Shown: positions 7,818 through 15,222 of the stretch, one piece after another
How positions within the stretch are numbered: position 1 is the stretch's first letter
Layout: the number at the start of each line of letters is the position of its first letter
Position numbers and translations under genes: made by a program
Source: a phage
Strand: one strand, 5' to 3'
Sequence record: PZ386962.1
Length of the DNA: 42,716 nucleotides
The notes under the pieces: model-generated
Databases searched by the model: none
The model's input: only the letters and a program-made list of their open reading frames with translations
Told to the model about the DNA's origin: nothing

Positions 7818-7852
7818 GCCGACCACTAACCCACCAGTAACAGGAGAACAAC

Positions 7853-8089
7853 ATGGCTAAGTTTGAACTGGTACGCTTCACCGACCCGAACGATGGTGAA
7901 GTAACCTATGCACAATTCGCTGACGACCGCCAGCAGGTGGCAGTGTACACCAGCAAGACCTTTGCTTTCGAACAGTTCGGTGAGGAACTGCACTTTGACA
8001 GCGTGAGCTACGTGCTGCTGTCCGGTGGTGAGTACGCCGATGCAGTGCAGGCCGCACTGGATGAAGGTGAAGTCATCAAGACTGCGTGA
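7853..8089 (+). CDS. small acidic early protein
   Basis: 78 aa, AGGAGA RBS. Confidence 0.6.
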   Translation: MAKFELVRFTDPNDGEVTYAQFADDRQQVAVYTSKTFAFEQFGEELHFDSVSYVLLSGGEYADAVQAALDEGEVIKTA

Positions 8090-8157
8090 TTTCTGTCAGC
8101 CCATCCATAGCGGTGGGCTGTAGGGCAATCATGCCACAACTAACTGAGGGTTTTACC

Positions 8158-8442
8158 ATGGCTAAAGTAACTGCATACTACTCCGCACAAGAGAAAGACA
8201 TCGTGGCTGTTGTTGGTGACGGCTTCGAAGAAGGCAACTATGCGCTGTGCATTTCCGGCTGCAAAGAAGTACCGAAGCTGAACACGGTTGATGATGCTGT
8301 GGCTGCGCTGCCGTCGCTGCAAGCTGACATCGAACGCATGGGTGAGCTGGCCTTCCTGCTGCACGGTGGTTCGCTGAACGCTACTGCTTCGGTTGACATG
8401 CCTGCCAAGGGCTACGAAGAAGTCGGTAGCTTCGAGGTCTAA
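8158..8442 (+). CDS. small acidic early protein
   Basis: 94 aa from ATG with GAGGG RBS; preceded by stem-loop and GGCAATCATGCC box. Confidence 0.55.
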   Translation: MAKVTAYYSAQEKDIVAVVGDGFEEGNYALCISGCKEVPKLNTVDDAVAALPSLQADIERMGELAFLLHGGSLNATASVDMPAKGYEEVGSFEV

Positions 8443-8444
8443 GC

Positions 8445-8780
8445 ATGGCGTTGCATCCGGTCAAGGTATTCCGTGGGCCTGACATTACGGATGGGCAAGA
8501 CGTGGCGGTACTGCTGTACCGCCTGCCCGATGGTCAGGAAGGGCTGGTCGTCATCGACCAGATTGAAATCTTAGGGCAGCAGATGTTGACGAGTGAGGCG
8601 AGCGACGAGCAAATCATCGAACGCTTCAAGGCGTACGCCGGGCGCAGGCCATTCATCATCGACCTGCTTAACGAGCTGCACTACAGCGCCGCGCCGCTGG
8701 CTATCCAGACGTGGCTCAAGATTCTCACTCCCATCTACGAGGGTGAGATGTATCTGTTTGGTATTGACAACGAGGAATAA
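8445..8780 (+). CDS. hypothetical early protein
   Basis: 111-aa ORF, GAGGT RBS. Confidence 0.55.
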   Translation: MALHPVKVFRGPDITDGQDVAVLLYRLPDGQEGLVVIDQIEILGQQMLTSEASDEQIIERFKAYAGRRPFIIDLLNELHYSAAPLAIQTWLKILTPIYEGEMYLFGIDNEE

Positions 8781-8782
8781 TC

Positions 8783-9028
8783 ATGGGTAAGAAAGTAACT
8801 TTGAAAGTAGTTAAGCGCCGCCCCGGATTCACCGTGGGTACTGAGTACCCGGCAGTGCTGATTGCTGAGGGCGAGAATCTGGTCAAGGCATTCCCTAAGC
8901 TGGCCTCGGTGTACGGCAAGGGCGCTGAGGATGTGGCAGGCTACGAAACTGTAGCCGTACTGGACGAGCGTGGCCATCCGTGTGACTTCTTCACGCAGGG
9001 CTATCACGACTGGTTCGAAATCGTTTAA
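8783..9028 (+). CDS. hypothetical early protein
   Basis: 81-aa ORF, GAGGA RBS. Confidence 0.55.
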   Translation: MGKKVTLKVVKRRPGFTVGTEYPAVLIAEGENLVKAFPKLASVYGKGAEDVAGYETVAVLDERGHPCDFFTQGYHDWFEIV

Positions 9029-9058
9029 CCAACCACCTAACCAAGAGAGGGTAACAAC

Positions 9059-9301
9059 ATGGCACGTTCTATTCTGATTCGCATCATCGGCCACACCGCA
9101 CAGCCGTCCCATTTCTCCGGCGCAGTGCGTGACACTACCATCGGTAAAGAGTACGCCGCTCTGCTGGTTGAAGCTGGCGAAGAAATCCCGGACGGCTGGG
9201 AAACTGACGAGCAAGGCATCGCGTTTGTTGATGACGTGGGTGATGACTGCTTCGCATACAGCTCGGCGCACCTCGGACACACCATCGAAATCGTCGAGTG
9301 A
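9059..9301 (+). CDS. hypothetical early protein
   Basis: 80-aa ORF, AGAGAGGG RBS. Confidence 0.55.
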   Translation: MARSILIRIIGHTAQPSHFSGAVRDTTIGKEYAALLVEAGEEIPDGWETDEQGIAFVDDVGDDCFAYSSAHLGHTIEIVE

Positions 9302-9357
9302 TAAGCTACAGCCTCTGCTTGCGGGGGCTGTGTCATTATCAAACGAGCGAGGTGAGC

Positions 9358-9510
9358 ATGAGCGGCAGCACATACAATGCGCACGCCAACCAGATAAGCT
9401 ACGCAGGGTACTGCGCACTGGGTGGGGCGAGCAACCCGAACCTAATGAGCCGGGCGGTGTATCTCGGCGGTCACTACATGCACCACGAATACTATTTAAT
9501 CAGGGGGTAA
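9358..9510 (+). CDS. hypothetical small protein
   Basis: 50 aa from ATG with GAGGTG RBS; preceded by stem-loop at 9309-9330 with TTGCG-containing loop. Confidence 0.35.
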   Translation: MSGSTYNAHANQISYAGYCALGGASNPNLMSRAVYLGGHYMHHEYYLIRG

Positions 9511-9512
9511 CT

Positions 9513-9797
9513 ATGGTACTGGCATCTGAAAGTATTATCGAACAGGCTGGCGCAATCCGTGAAGCTGAGCATCTGCGTGGGGTAGCCGCAACGCTCGGTC
9601 ACTGTGCTGGCAACGGCGGTCTGCGTGGGCATTCAGTCGGCGGCGTATTTCCCTGCGTGATATTCTCGCGGGGCAACCCACATGAACACCTCGACTGGTG
9701 CTTCCTCGCACCGAACGGCGACGAGTTCGACGGCTTCGTAAGTTATGAAGATGCGTATGCAGCCGCGCAGGTATGGCTGGAACAACGAGAGGTGTGA
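9513..9797 (+). CDS. hypothetical protein
   Basis: 94 aa from ATG with GGGGG RBS; upstream part of the longer listed ORF lacks an RBS and overlaps other genes. Confidence 0.5.
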   Translation: MVLASESIIEQAGAIREAEHLRGVAATLGHCAGNGGLRGHSVGGVFPCVIFSRGNPHEHLDWCFLAPNGDEFDGFVSYEDAYAAAQVWLEQREV

Positions 9798-9799
9798 GT

Positions 9800-10099
9800 A
9801 TGAGTAAGTGGAAAGATAACGTAGCCAAGCTACAGCGTTGGTTGGTCGATGCCTTTGGCGCACCGCCAGCCCCTGTGCATGACGACTCGCCGTTCCAATA
9901 CGTCGAGAAGAAAACGCAGGAGCTTAAGCTGGGTGACTACGTGGTAGCATACGGCGGTTACATCCAGCGCATCGGTGCCGTGGAGTATGACGGCAGCCGA
10001 CTGGTCGTAACCAAGTTAGGGCATGGGCCTGAGCGTGAGTGGCAGGCGTACGAAGATGACGAGTTCACCGTCCGTATTCTGAAAGAGGATAACAAATGA
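9800..10099 (+). CDS. hypothetical protein
   Basis: 99 aa from ATG with GAGGTG RBS. Confidence 0.5.
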   Translation: MSKWKDNVAKLQRWLVDAFGAPPAPVHDDSPFQYVEKKTQELKLGDYVVAYGGYIQRIGAVEYDGSRLVVTKLGHGPEREWQAYEDDEFTVRILKEDNK

Positions 10100-10608
10100 T
10101 TGACTTCAAAACTTTTAACCCGAAGCAGTTGGAAGTGATTAAGCTGCTGGCTGCACACATCGACAGCGAGCCTATGCTCAGTGAGCTGGTAGAGTTCAAG
10201 GGTGGCTACCTGCCGAAGCAAAGTTACATCGGCGCGGTGCGTGCCGGGCGCGAGGGTATGCTGGACATTGTTCCGGCCACTCGTACTGGTGCGCTGCTGG
10301 CACGCAACGTCAGCGTCATCATCGGCATGAACATGCGAGCTGCGCAGGCAGACGGTGACGAGGAGTTGCAGGTCGAGCTGCGTCTGGCTGGTAAGATGGC
10401 AGCGCAGGCTATGTCCTCGGTTGATATTGCTGAGAAGTATCACGACTGGTACATGGCGTGCTCCAATGTGCCGGGGGATATTAGCGAGACGGCGCTGGGT
10501 CTGCTGTTCGTGGGCGAGTTCATTGACACAACGATGCGTACTATCAAGGGCAACGTTGAGCAGATGATTCGTGCAATGCTGGAGTCGAAGAATGCAACGC
10601 GACACTAA
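10096..10608 (+). CDS. hypothetical protein
   Basis: 170-aa ORF, AGAGGA RBS, start overlaps upstream stop. Confidence 0.55.
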   Translation: MIDFKTFNPKQLEVIKLLAAHIDSEPMLSELVEFKGGYLPKQSYIGAVRAGREGMLDIVPATRTGALLARNVSVIIGMNMRAAQADGDEELQVELRLAGKMAAQAMSSVDIAEKYHDWYMACSNVPGDISETALGLLFVGEFIDTTMRTIKGNVEQMIRAMLESKNATRH

Positions 10609-10762
10609 GCTGGCCGTAGTCAAATCACCCACCGGATTATTCTGGTGGGTTGTTAATAAACTCCAGCCGAATAAACCTTTGGCTGTGCGTGACACAAAGT
10701 GGGAAGCCGAGAGTAAACTCGAAGACCTGCAACGCATAGTGCGTAATGTTATTCCGGTGTAG
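10592..10762 (+). CDS. hypothetical small basic protein
   Basis: 56 aa, GGAG RBS, overlaps 3' end of previous gene. Confidence 0.35.
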   Translation: MQRDTKLAVVKSPTGLFWWVVNKLQPNKPLAVRDTKWEAESKLEDLQRIVRNVIPV

Positions 10763-10772
10763 TCATCTACTC

Positions 10773-10797
10773 ATGCCTGTTATTATTTAGCAGGCAT
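10773..10797 (+). other. stem-loop (7-bp stem ATGCCTG/CAGGCAT, AT-rich loop) at early/middle boundary
   Basis: Perfect 7-bp inverted repeat with 11-nt loop; no U-tract; followed immediately by the ATGAAGGTGTCTATA motif. Confidence 0.35.
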
Positions 10798-10835
10798 TAT
10801 GAAGGTGTCTATATTGGCCAACGTGAGGATGAAAT

Positions 10836-11039
10836 ATGTTCCGAGTTATATTGTTGTTCCTGTTCCTCGTTATTATTTGGGGAGCTTTATGGATGGCGCT
10901 GGCAGTGTTCGCACTGATACCAGCCATCGGTGAGTCGGCTACTTCTTCGGTGGGTACGCTGCTCGGTATGCTGGTAGGCTGGGGCTTGATGCACGTAAGC
11001 CTGAGCGTAGGTCAGAGCCGGAGGTGGATTAGATGGTAA
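10836..11039 (+). CDS. small membrane protein (2 predicted TMDs)
   Basis: 67 aa, hydrophobic segments VILLFLFLVIIWGALWMALAVFALIPAI and GTLLGMLVGWGLMHV; GAGGA RBS. Confidence 0.55.
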   Translation: MFRVILLFLFLVIIWGALWMALAVFALIPAIGESATSSVGTLLGMLVGWGLMHVSLSVGQSRRWIRW

Positions 11040-11473
11040 AGCCTAAGTACAAAATCGGTGACGAGATTGTAGGTCACAACGACACTGGCACCCGGTCAGG
11101 TAAGCTGGGTATCATCGCATGGGTTAACCCTGACCGCCGAGCATGGGAGCGCAGTGGTGAGACCCGCTACATCGTGAGCTGGATTGGTGAGCGGCTGAAT
11201 GCACAGCCGGACATCAGCCACTACAAGTCTGATTGGCTGGAGGATAACACCAGTCTGGTCAGCCGCAAGCCAGAAGACCGGGGCCGCTACATGTGCTTGG
11301 TCGAAGGCAGCAATGCACCGCCGAAGGTTGAGCACATCACTGAACTGGATGCGCGGGAAGAAGCTGAGCGTTTGGCTGAGCGCAACGGAGGTACTGTCCG
11401 TGTGCTGCAAGTTGTAGCCAGCGTGAAGATGAAGAAGAAGATTCAGTACATACCAGAGTGGGATAACGAATGA
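11033..11473 (+). CDS. hypothetical protein
   Basis: 146-aa ORF, GGAGG RBS. Confidence 0.55.
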   Translation: MVKPKYKIGDEIVGHNDTGTRSGKLGIIAWVNPDRRAWERSGETRYIVSWIGERLNAQPDISHYKSDWLEDNTSLVSRKPEDRGRYMCLVEGSNAPPKVEHITELDAREEAERLAERNGGTVRVLQVVASVKMKKKIQYIPEWDNE

Positions 11474-12180
11474 TGAAATCAGTGAGCAACGACGAGTGGC
11501 CGGAGCTGGCGAAGCGTCTGCCAGTAGGACAAAAGCGAAGGACGTTTCACAGTTGCTCGCGGTCATTCAGCAAGACCAACTTTGAGTATGGCCGTGCGCC
11601 GGATTACATCTGGTGCAAGTGCCATCGCTGTGGGTACAGCCGCAAGCATGACCTGACCCATGCAGTGTACGTACCGCCAGCCGAGGTGCAGGTGAAGGTG
11701 CCGACTGATGTTGTGCCTATCACTGAGGTGATTGCCAAGCAGCCCCGCCTTCTCCTGCCTGTGCTGGAGCGCGAGAACCTGATGCCGCACCTGTCTATCC
11801 TGACTGCAAGCCCAACGTATGGCAGGCTGTATCTGCCGGACGACACGGGCAGCTACTGTGGTCTGGATTACACCGGGCGGCAGTTCATACCATGGCGCTC
11901 ACCGCACAAGCATAGCTTGGCGATGAAGGTACACCCGCGAGGTGAGGCTGAGACGAATTGCCTGTGGGTATACGGTGAGGTGGACGAGTATCTCCAGCAG
12001 GTACGTGACGGGGGCAACTGTGCTTTCGTGCCGAACGTGGATGACACGACATTGCAGGCACTGGTAAGTGTGACGCTGGCCTATGGCTACAACCTCGTGG
12101 TCATCTGCCACCACCCAAGTGCTCAACGTATCCGCAGGGAACTGCGTGTGGTAGGGCGAGTGCAGATAGTAGGAGAGTGA
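11470..12180 (+). CDS. DNA primase (zinc-binding + TOPRIM-like)
   Basis: Cys/His cluster near N-terminus (CKCHRCGY), acidic TOPRIM-like motifs (VYGEVDE, NVDD); lies where the primase half of T7 gp4 sits, upstream of the helicase. Confidence 0.55.
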   Translation: MMKSVSNDEWPELAKRLPVGQKRRTFHSCSRSFSKTNFEYGRAPDYIWCKCHRCGYSRKHDLTHAVYVPPAEVQVKVPTDVVPITEVIAKQPRLLLPVLERENLMPHLSILTASPTYGRLYLPDDTGSYCGLDYTGRQFIPWRSPHKHSLAMKVHPRGEAETNCLWVYGEVDEYLQQVRDGGNCAFVPNVDDTTLQALVSVTLAYGYNLVVICHHPSAQRIRRELRVVGRVQIVGE

Positions 12181-12181
12181 T

Positions 12182-12610
12182 GTGCTTGAGTGTATTGACC
12201 ACGGCCAGAAGGGTAATGCTAATGGCTACGGATATACCAGCCGCTATGTAGATGGCAAGCGGGTAGTGGTTGGGCTGCACCGCGCAGCTTACTGCGATGC
12301 GCATGGCCTGCCTTACTCTGCAATCAAGGGCAAGGTGGTCATGCACCGTTGTGATAACCCACGCTGTATCAACCCTGACCATCTGGTGTTGGGTACACAG
12401 GGAGACAACATGCAGGACATGATGGGCAAACGCCGACACCACAAGGGTGAGGCAACACCGCACGCCAAGCTGACGAGTGAGCAGGTCGTGCTTATCCGTA
12501 AGCTGTACGCTGAGGGCGGCGTAACCCAACGTGAACTTGCGTTGGAGTTCGGTGTATCCCAAACGAATATCAGTGCCATCGTAAGGGGAGAAACTTTCAG
12601 TGTTGGATAA
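12182..12610 (+). CDS. HNH homing endonuclease (HNH + C-terminal HTH)
   Basis: GTG start with AGGAG RBS; HRCDNPRCINPDHLVLGT HNH core; C-terminal helix-turn-helix-like tail; paralog of 18584-19009. Confidence 0.75.
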   Translation: MLECIDHGQKGNANGYGYTSRYVDGKRVVVGLHRAAYCDAHGLPYSAIKGKVVMHRCDNPRCINPDHLVLGTQGDNMQDMMGKRRHHKGEATPHAKLTSEQVVLIRKLYAEGGVTQRELALEFGVSQTNISAIVRGETFSVG

Positions 12611-13865
12611 ACTGTTGTTAACGGTGATGCGCGAGCGCGGGAAATACAACTCCCTGCGACACGCCATCCCGGAAGATACAATGAGCCAGACCACGGGCTA
12701 TATGCTGCGTGCTTACGGCTCATACTTTGACGCGTTCCCGGACAGTGACTTCATTGACATTGAGACACTGGGTACGCATGTTCGTTTGAAGACAGGCAGC
12801 ACGCCTGAACAGATGGCAGCCTTCGATTCGTTGTGCGCTCAGCTCAAAGAGTACAAGCCAACGAAGGAGCAGAAGGAGGGCATCCTTGACCAGCTCGTAG
12901 AGTTGGACACTGCTGGTCGTGCGAACCTGCTAATGCAACGGTACGATAATGGTGAAGAACTTGATATTATCTATGAGCTTGGCCGTCTGGCTGAGGGCGC
13001 ACGCCGCAGTCGGGGTCAATCATCCGTTACCGATTACGTCGATGACGATGTTGTTGACATTATTAATCGGACTGATGATGACCAAGGCTTTAAGTTCGGT
13101 CTCATGTGCCTGCAAGATAGCGTACGCGTACTGCTTCCCGGCGACTCCGTTGCAATCGCTGCCCGACCTGACAGTGGGAAGACCAGCTTCATCGCGTTTA
13201 ACCTTACGCGAATGGCGGCGACAGCAGCGAAGCTCTATCCGGGCAGACCAATCCTGTGGTTCAACAACGAAGGTCAGGGCATCAACATCATCCCGCGCAT
13301 CTATCAGGCGGCGCTCAACTGTACGCTCCCGGAACTGAAAGAGCTGGGTGAGGACAGAGGCAAGCTGCACGCTGCGTATGCCAAAGCACTGGGTGCGCCA
13401 GCCAATGTGATTCGTGTTAAGGATATGCACGGCGCGACGCTGGCGAAAGCTGAGCAGGTTATCGAAGCGATGAACCCGTGCATCGTGGTGTGGGATATGC
13501 TTGCCAACTTCAAGCTGTCTGTGTCTGACCCGTCAAGCAACAAGGCGAGTCAGGTCGAGCAGCTATGGCAGGAGGTACGTGAGCTGGCAGTGCGCCACAA
13601 CTTTGTGTCGCTGGCTACGGTTCAGGTATCTGCTGATGGTGCCGATGATATGTTCCCGGCACTGGATGCGCTCAAGGATTCCAAGACTGGTATCCAAGGG
13701 GCGACTGATGTTATCGTGATGCTCGGCAGTGTGGATGACCCATCACTGGCGGCGCGGCGCGGTGTCAGTACGCCGAAGAACAAACGCCAGATTGCTGGGC
13801 GTCCAAGCAACGTGCGGTCGCAGGTACACTTCTTTGCTGACCGCTGCCAATACGAGGATATGTAA
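12600..13865 (+). CDS. DNA helicase (DnaB-like / T7 gp4 helicase-domain-like)
   Basis: Walker A ARPDSGKTSF; size 421 aa; lies between primase and DNA polymerase; GTG start assumed. Confidence 0.7.
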   Translation: MLDKLLLTVMRERGKYNSLRHAIPEDTMSQTTGYMLRAYGSYFDAFPDSDFIDIETLGTHVRLKTGSTPEQMAAFDSLCAQLKEYKPTKEQKEGILDQLVELDTAGRANLLMQRYDNGEELDIIYELGRLAEGARRSRGQSSVTDYVDDDVVDIINRTDDDQGFKFGLMCLQDSVRVLLPGDSVAIAARPDSGKTSFIAFNLTRMAATAAKLYPGRPILWFNNEGQGINIIPRIYQAALNCTLPELKELGEDRGKLHAAYAKALGAPANVIRVKDMHGATLAKAEQVIEAMNPCIVVWDMLANFKLSVSDPSSNKASQVEQLWQEVRELAVRHNFVSLATVQVSADGADDMFPALDALKDSKTGIQGATDVIVMLGSVDDPSLAARRGVSTPKNKRQIAGRPSNVRSQVHFFADRCQYEDM

Positions 13866-14227
13866 TGAGCCATTTGAAGGTAGGTGACCGAGTAGTAAAC
13901 ATTGATGCACGCAGTGTGCATTACGGTGCGAAGGGTACTGTGGTTGACATCAACAACAAGTACGTGAGCATTGACCGCGACGATGGTGCGCGTGGTTCTG
14001 GTATCAGTGGCTCGTGGACTGCACGCCATGCGTCGTGGGCGCTGATTGGTGACGCTCCGCATGTGGCAGCCACGCCTGAACCGGAGGCGACTGCCGAGGA
14101 CTGGAGCTACGCTGAGGCTGAGCGTCTGTACCAAGCAGCGTGCGATGCCATGTCAGTGTACAACCAGTACGTTGAGCGTAAGCCGACGACCAGCTACCTG
14201 CCCGGCAGCGTGCCGAGTAAGTGGTGA
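13865..14227 (+). CDS. hypothetical protein (N-terminal KOW-like segment)
   Basis: 120-aa ORF, start overlaps helicase stop (TAATG). Confidence 0.5.
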   Translation: MSHLKVGDRVVNIDARSVHYGAKGTVVDINNKYVSIDRDDGARGSGISGSWTARHASWALIGDAPHVAATPEPEATAEDWSYAEAERLYQAACDAMSVYNQYVERKPTTSYLPGSVPSKW

Positions 14228-14347
14228 GGGGCCGCAGCTATCGCCGTTGCTCTTGCGGCGGCAGTCTGCTGGCTGAGCAGACCAAGGGCAAGGCCACTGG
14301 CAAGACGCTGGTGATTTACGAATGTGAAAAGTGTGGAGTAAAGCAGT

Positions 14348-14539
14348 ATGGAAGAACGCACGTATCGAGCGGCACCCTTAAACCAACGTGAGCAAGCAAC
14401 CATCCGGGCGCAGTACCGGAAGGGTGATGCGTTCCGTGGTGCCGAGGCGCTGGCCGAACGTTTCAATGTGCCGCCTGCTGATGTGGTGGCAGTGGTGAAC
14501 TTCACTTATCGCAAGGGGAAACAGAAGCATGATAAGTAA
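14348..14539 (+). CDS. hypothetical small basic protein
   Basis: 63 aa, GGAGTA RBS 7 nt upstream. Confidence 0.5.
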   Translation: MEERTYRAAPLNQREQATIRAQYRKGDAFRGAEALAERFNVPPADVVAVVNFTYRKGKQKHDK

Positions 14540-15212
14540 TGCAGAAGTCAAGCGCGTATGGGCAGAGGACATCTGCCGTCTGCTGCAATCACATGAGCTG
14601 AACTTTGTGGTTGCCGGGGGAGGGGCAAGGGATACAGCGCTGGGTGTTGAGCCGAAGGACTATGACATCGTGGTCTTTGGTTGGGGTGGGGATGTAAGCC
14701 GCGTGGTCGGCAGACTCGAATGGTTAGACACCAACCTCGAAGCGTACGCCAAGCAGCACAACCTGCCGTATGAGTACATGCCAAGCTACCACGATGCAGC
14801 CGAGGGCGGCGACTTCGGTTCCCGTCTGTACGGTGTGTTCAAGCTCGGCCCGGTTGACATCATCATCAGTAAGTGTGGCTGCTGGTCACAGGTGCTGAGC
14901 GAGTTCGACTTCAACCTGAACCAGTTCTACTTCCCGTCCAGTATCCCGCGATACTCCGGGCAGTACAGCCGTGACCCCGGTGAGTTCATGGCGTACCCGT
15001 ACGAGCCGAAGCTGACAGCCGAGGACGTGCAGTGGTATCCGGCGCTGGCCAGTCTGGTTGAAAGCTACGACGACCTGCTGACTCTCCGCGTCTGCCGACC
15101 GGATGCCAGCCTGAGTCGTGTGGCCTACATGCTGGAGAAGCACGAGACACACCGCGAGCGCATCGAAGCATACGTCAATCGTATGCCAGACCATTTGGGT
15201 GGCACAGCATAG
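14529..15212 (+). CDS. Pol-beta-superfamily nucleotidyltransferase-like protein
   Basis: GG-x11-DYD signature (VVAGGGARDTALGVEPKDYDIVVF) matching the hG[GS]x9-13Dh[DE]h NTase motif, later VDIII acidic motif; AAGGGGA RBS. Confidence 0.55.
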   Translation: MISNAEVKRVWAEDICRLLQSHELNFVVAGGGARDTALGVEPKDYDIVVFGWGGDVSRVVGRLEWLDTNLEAYAKQHNLPYEYMPSYHDAAEGGDFGSRLYGVFKLGPVDIIISKCGCWSQVLSEFDFNLNQFYFPSSIPRYSGQYSRDPGEFMAYPYEPKLTAEDVQWYPALASLVESYDDLLTLRVCRPDASLSRVAYMLEKHETHRERIEAYVNRMPDHLGGTA

Positions 15213-15222
15213 CGGGGGATGA

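Noticed and set aside
9129-9512. Upstream extension of ORF 9129-9797
   Set aside because: The long frame overlaps two other better-supported ORFs and lacks an RBS; the RBS-supported internal ATG at 9513 was used instead.
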